Part shown: piece by piece, positions 59,666 to 64,000 of the stretch
Numbering within the stretch: the first letter of the stretch is position 1
Layout of the letters: each line of letters opens with the position of its first letter
NCBI GenBank assembly: GCA_032718475.1
Contig: JAUCBJ010000757.1
Location: 1-64,000, forward strand
Direction: 5' to 3'
DNA from: Nemertoderma westbladi
Lineage: Eukaryota > Animalia > Xenacoelomorpha
DNA length: 64,000 nucleotides
Position numbers and translations under genes: made by a program
The notes under the pieces: model-generated
Told to the model about the DNA's origin: nothing
Databases searched by the model: none
Seen by the model: only the letters and a program-made list of their open reading frames with translations

Positions 59666-62537
59666 TTAAAGGTGTTATAGTATAAAATGTATTATACCTA
59701 TTGTGTTATTAATTGCCTTGCTCGCCCCGCCGGCACTACAAGCCCATCATCATCAACATTAATAAAAAGTAAACAAAAACTAAACTAAAATAAATAAATA
59801 CACAGAAAATAAATATATTTTAAATAAATTCATAACTCTGTAAAAAGAACAAAAAATGTAGTACAAGGAACAATATGACTATTAATAAAGCTGTAGCGAT
59901 ATTTCTCGATTAAACTTTGTTCGGAGCATTGGATGTCAGCGGCGCAGGTGGTTATGTATGTGAAGGCCTATAGTATATAACAAGAGTCACTGCTACAGCA
60001 GGAACTTAATTCTCAATCTAACAGCTGCACAGAGATCTAACTACTATATTTTACTGCCATTGGCATTTTCTGTTAGAAACTAGTGATAGATTGGGTACCA
60101 GAATTATATTTGGCGAATAAAAATAACGGATTGGTAGGTGACGCGACGGTGCGGTGGGGACGGTGACCAGTATATTTGGCCAATAGAAATTATTGATTGG
60201 TTGGTTAGCAGTGTATCTGTCAATATCAAAGACAAGCCAAACCATATTGAACAATATGTCGCATACGCGATATTTGAGATTTGTCGAATTTTTAAATTAA
60301 CTTTGAGAATTCACGATGAGCCTCATGGTCTACCAAGGGTCTATCAAGGGAAAGGAGCAGTGTACAATGCTGAGTACGTACCAACCAAAACAACAAATTA
60401 CTTGATTAACCCATTAACCACGTGAATGAAAGTTGGACGCGGGCGAAGATTGCACCCAACCAGTGAGTGAGACTGGCTGCCTCCTATTACACGTTCGTGG
60501 GACCTTCGCGCAGCACGAAGTGAGCAAAGCCTTTAGCATATGGGCACCATTAAAGAGTTGGGGGTTGTCTGCCGTTAGTCAGAAGTCTTCAACACAATAC
60601 TGATCGTCTTTCTCTTGTGCCTCGTTGCGTTCGTTCGTTTTTGAACAAACTTCAGATTCTTTCTAAACTTTTGACGGACTACATACGTACCAAGTTTCGT
60701 TTAATTTCATCGAGGAATAATCGAGTTATTAGCGATCAAAATTTTACGACGACAGACGACGACGACAGACAACTCGCCAATGGCACCCATATGCTAAGGC
60801 TTCGCTCACTTCGTGGCTCGCCCCACAGTCCATGTAACAGCCAAGAGATGGGATCCATCGTGTAGACCTATCAAGTCAACAAGAGTCGAGTTACAATTGT
60901 TACATCCTCCGCGGCGAACCCCTCACGAAGCCATGTGTGTATTCGATAATGTTTATCTGTGACTGACCCGTAAGCCACTGTCCTTTAACTAAATCTAAGT
61001 AATTAAATGGTTAGACGATGATGACCTTCTGCCCCCAATACGTGTGGGACAGCTGTCGCGTACATATAGCTACATATATTTTGACGTAGTCAGTCTATTT
61101 GATACTACAACAGCCCAGATAATGCACAACTATCTAAGAAATGGATGTGATGAGTTAAATCTATTTCAGATGGCGTTTTATGCTTAAAAAACCCCGGTTA
61201 CGTTGTACATTACGCCATGGGACATTTCGAAACATTTTGGATATGCTCACACAATTATTTAATCATAATTACTGGGATGGGGATGATCATAATGGAATGA
61301 TTAACCACCGACGCTTGCCAATCTAACTGAATAAACGTTTGTGAGCAAGTCCCAAAAGAAGAGAGTCTTGGCGGCTAATGATCGGGGGAGATCATAACGG
61401 CGGCAGACTGAAGATCTGCAGTCAGAGACCAAGCTGCCTTTGTGTTGTACAGGATCTTCCAAGTTTCAACTCAGACAACGCATTGACGAACAAGGGCGGG
61501 TGTGTGAGGGGGTGGGGGGAGGGGGGATCGGGTCATCCACTTGTTCGTCTTCCCATGAAATAAAACTGTAAATACAATTCCAATTAATGATAATGATAAT
61601 AATATTATAGTAACCAATAATTCGAAGAATTGCAAACCGCATAATATAAAAATTAGTTAGGATTTATATGTAACCGAAGCGGCTCAACCCAAACAGACAA
61701 GGTATTTATTTATGTAGAGTATTAAGTTACCAACATGGCTCAATGATGTACGTACTACTATTGGTATTCTCAATGGCACAAGTAGATGACCCATAATAGT
61801 TTGATTGGTTTAAATCACGATGCTACAGACGACCGCTAAGGGGCGCATCTAACAATCAAGAAATCTAAAAAAATCGATGTATCCACTAGACGGCAACGGG
61901 AACTATCAGCACAACCTAGAATGATGGTGGTCATGGCAACCGGATGGCTAAAAAGTTAAATAACAATAGGATAAGTGAGACAAAAATAACCAAATAAAAA
62001 CAAAGAATTCGAGAAGCGTTAAAAGTTGGGGCGAACAATAAGAATAACTCTGCGATATAAAATATTTGGATATTAAAATAAACACTGAAACTCTAATCGT
62101 GGAGTGGTCCGTCGACTAGAATAACTTAGCTTATGGTAGTGACTGCATTATTATGGCACTATAAGAATTATTGATAAGTTATGAAACGGTAATTATCAAT
62201 ATAAAACAAATAGCGAATCAATTATTTTATCAGAAACTCAGTTTTACTAACAAAACTAAATGGATTAATAAATATAAATGTGTCTGTTTGTTGTCAACTA
62301 ACAGACAAACAGACAGACAAGCGGGCAGATAATCGGACATATAATAGAAGCGACGGTAACGCGTATTATTTGCAGCTTTTGTTTAGCAGAACTTTCTCGC
62401 ATATTGCATTACAAAGAAGGCAAATAGTAATGACGTCACAGCGTAGCTCGATCTCACTGAATGTTGGTAAGGTAGCACACATCCGCGCATTCTACGGGGT
62501 GGAACCGGCATACCGACAGTACCGGTTCCGTCGGTCG

Positions 62538-63520
62538 CTACACCAACTCGCCTTGCCGACTCCCAGGACTCCCGTAGGGAGGCAGCTGCGAGCTGGCCGC
62601 CGATGGTCGCCGCCCATCCGAGGCGACGGCGGCATCCGATGGACGTCGTCCTTCCGAGACGACGGAGGTAACAGGACTGCTGGACGTCCGGGATACCGGA
62701 CTGGGGTGCAGCGGGACCGGAGCGGAGCCGGCCCGCGAGTGCTTCGTGTCCGGCCGGAGTTGGGCGACCCGTCGCGTCGAACTGGAGGAAGACGACGCAA
62801 GGAGGGCGGCGTCCGACGAGGGTCGGTGGCCGCGTTCACGGGCCGCCGTTATCTCCGAGACCTCGGACAAGCGGAAGCCGAGTTTAACCGACTCCTCATC
62901 GAACTCGGCGAGTTGCCGTGTCCGTTGTGTCGCCAAGGTTTCCAGCGCGGCCTCTCTTTCGCTCTCCAAGGCCGCCAGGTCATCCTCAATCCGTTGCTCG
63001 ATGAGGGCGCGTCGCAAACTCACTCGTTGCTCCAGGTCCGTGCGTTCCTTGTTGTGCTGCGTCGAGGTTTGCTTCTTGGTTCGGCTTTGGTAGGCGGCGA
63101 GCAACTCTGATTCCTTATTGAGTTTGGCGTTGAGCTCTTGGAGTTCGCTCTCTTGGGCCTCGTCGAGTTTAAGGTGCTGTTTATGGAGCATCTCGGTTAT
63201 ACTGTCGGAGTAACGGGAACGCATTTGCTCCATCTTGGTCATTTGGTCGAGTTTGAGACCGTCGGTTATCTGCTTGTGCGACTCCTTTGGTGCTTTCGCT
63301 AACTTCTGCTCGCGAAGGGCTTTGAACTGACGAGTTTGCGTCTTACAAGCCTCCTTGAACTGTTTGTTGATGAGGACTTCCTTGGTTTTAAGATTCTTGG
63401 GATGTTGTCGCAGTTCGAGACTATGTCTCTTACTGAGTTCCGTCTTGGATTGCTCAGAATATTCCCGTAAATGTTGCTGTTCCGCCCGATGTTGAGCCGC
63501 TAGTAATTCGTTTCTATGAC
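62538..63520 (-). CDS. TAOK: Last coding exon of a TAO (Ste20-family) kinase, C-terminal coiled coil
   Basis: KRHSLELRQHPKNLKTKE..KQFKEACKTQTRQFKAL...LDEAQE...ELLAAYQS...LEQRVSLRRALIEQ...FDEESVKLGF matches the TAOK C-terminus as I recall it. Acceptor TATATTTTAG| before 63520; stop TAG at 62538-62540. Confidence 0.9.
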
Positions 63521-63774
63521 CTAAAATATAATAATAATATATTTCAACAAACATTTAATATACTTATAATTCTCAAAGTTTATTGACCATGGGTAGAAGT
63601 TTGAAAACAAAAAAGGTGACCTTGGGAGGAAACTCAAGCTTGATATGCCAACGACATACAATCTCACATTACCATGGAGATATGGACATGATCGTGGTTA
63701 ATTGATTGACTTTATTGAGCATATAGTAGTCGATAACGATAATAACATCGTCGCATAACAATAATTAGTAGTGA

Positions 63775-63971
63775 GAACCAGTCTGTGACAGTCACAGAAC
63801 CAGTCTGTGACAGTCACAGAACCAGTCTGTGACTGTCACAGAACCAGTCTGTGACTGTCACAGAACCAGTCTGTGACAGTCACAGAACCAGTCTGTGACT
63901 GTCACAGAACCAGTCTGTGACTGTCACAGAACCAGTCTGTGACTGTCACAGAACCAGTCTGTGACTGTCAC
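63775..63971. repeat. 22-bp intronic minisatellite x 9 with an internal palindrome
   Basis: Unit GAACCAGTCTGTGACWGTCACA; contains CTGTGAC-W-GTCACAG. Confidence 0.95.
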
Positions 63972-64000
63972 GATCTTGTTCTCTGGCAGCTTCAGAGATA

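Noticed and set aside
62280-63110. 276-aa + strand ORF and other overlapping ORFs
   Set aside because: Antisense shadows of the GC-rich TAO kinase exon; the same applies to short ORFs overlapping the PLE, RTE and BEL frames.
63972-64000. Next upstream TAO kinase exon
   Set aside because: Only 29 nt are visible, the donor is weak, and the translation does not match the expected TAOK segment.

Overview
AT-rich animal (probably invertebrate) genomic DNA with GT-AG spliceosomal introns, made up mostly of nested transposable elements. (1) 1-10805: a head-to-tail array of a Penelope-like retroelement (PLE) with an exact 4701-bp period. It has two intact 1116-aa RT+GIY-YIG ORFs. Each inter-ORF region holds 7x127-bp repeats and a minimal hammerhead ribozyme just upstream of the ATG. 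The array abuts the gag zinc-knuckle region of (2) a decayed minus-strand BEL/Pao LTR element (10806-18442), which also contains a 5'-truncated RTE LINE with an 11-bp TSD. (3) Five in-frame exons of a + strand host gene for an extracellular mosaic protein (cbEGF-FN2-F5/8C-like; 19860-44119). Its introns hold a TTAA-flanked foldback transposon, an L1 relic, a small Helitron, a SINE, and a ~13-kb composite of 146-bp satellite bracketed by recurring inverted ATGCAGCCATAAG boxes. (4) 46088-58782: a two-LTR BEL/Pao element with an open 1663-aa Gag-protease ORF but no RT or intact integrase, no TSD, and duplicated hairpins in its 3' non-coding region. (5) The last coding exon of a TAO kinase gene on the minus strand. 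All calls were read by eye; no database searches or folding programs were run.
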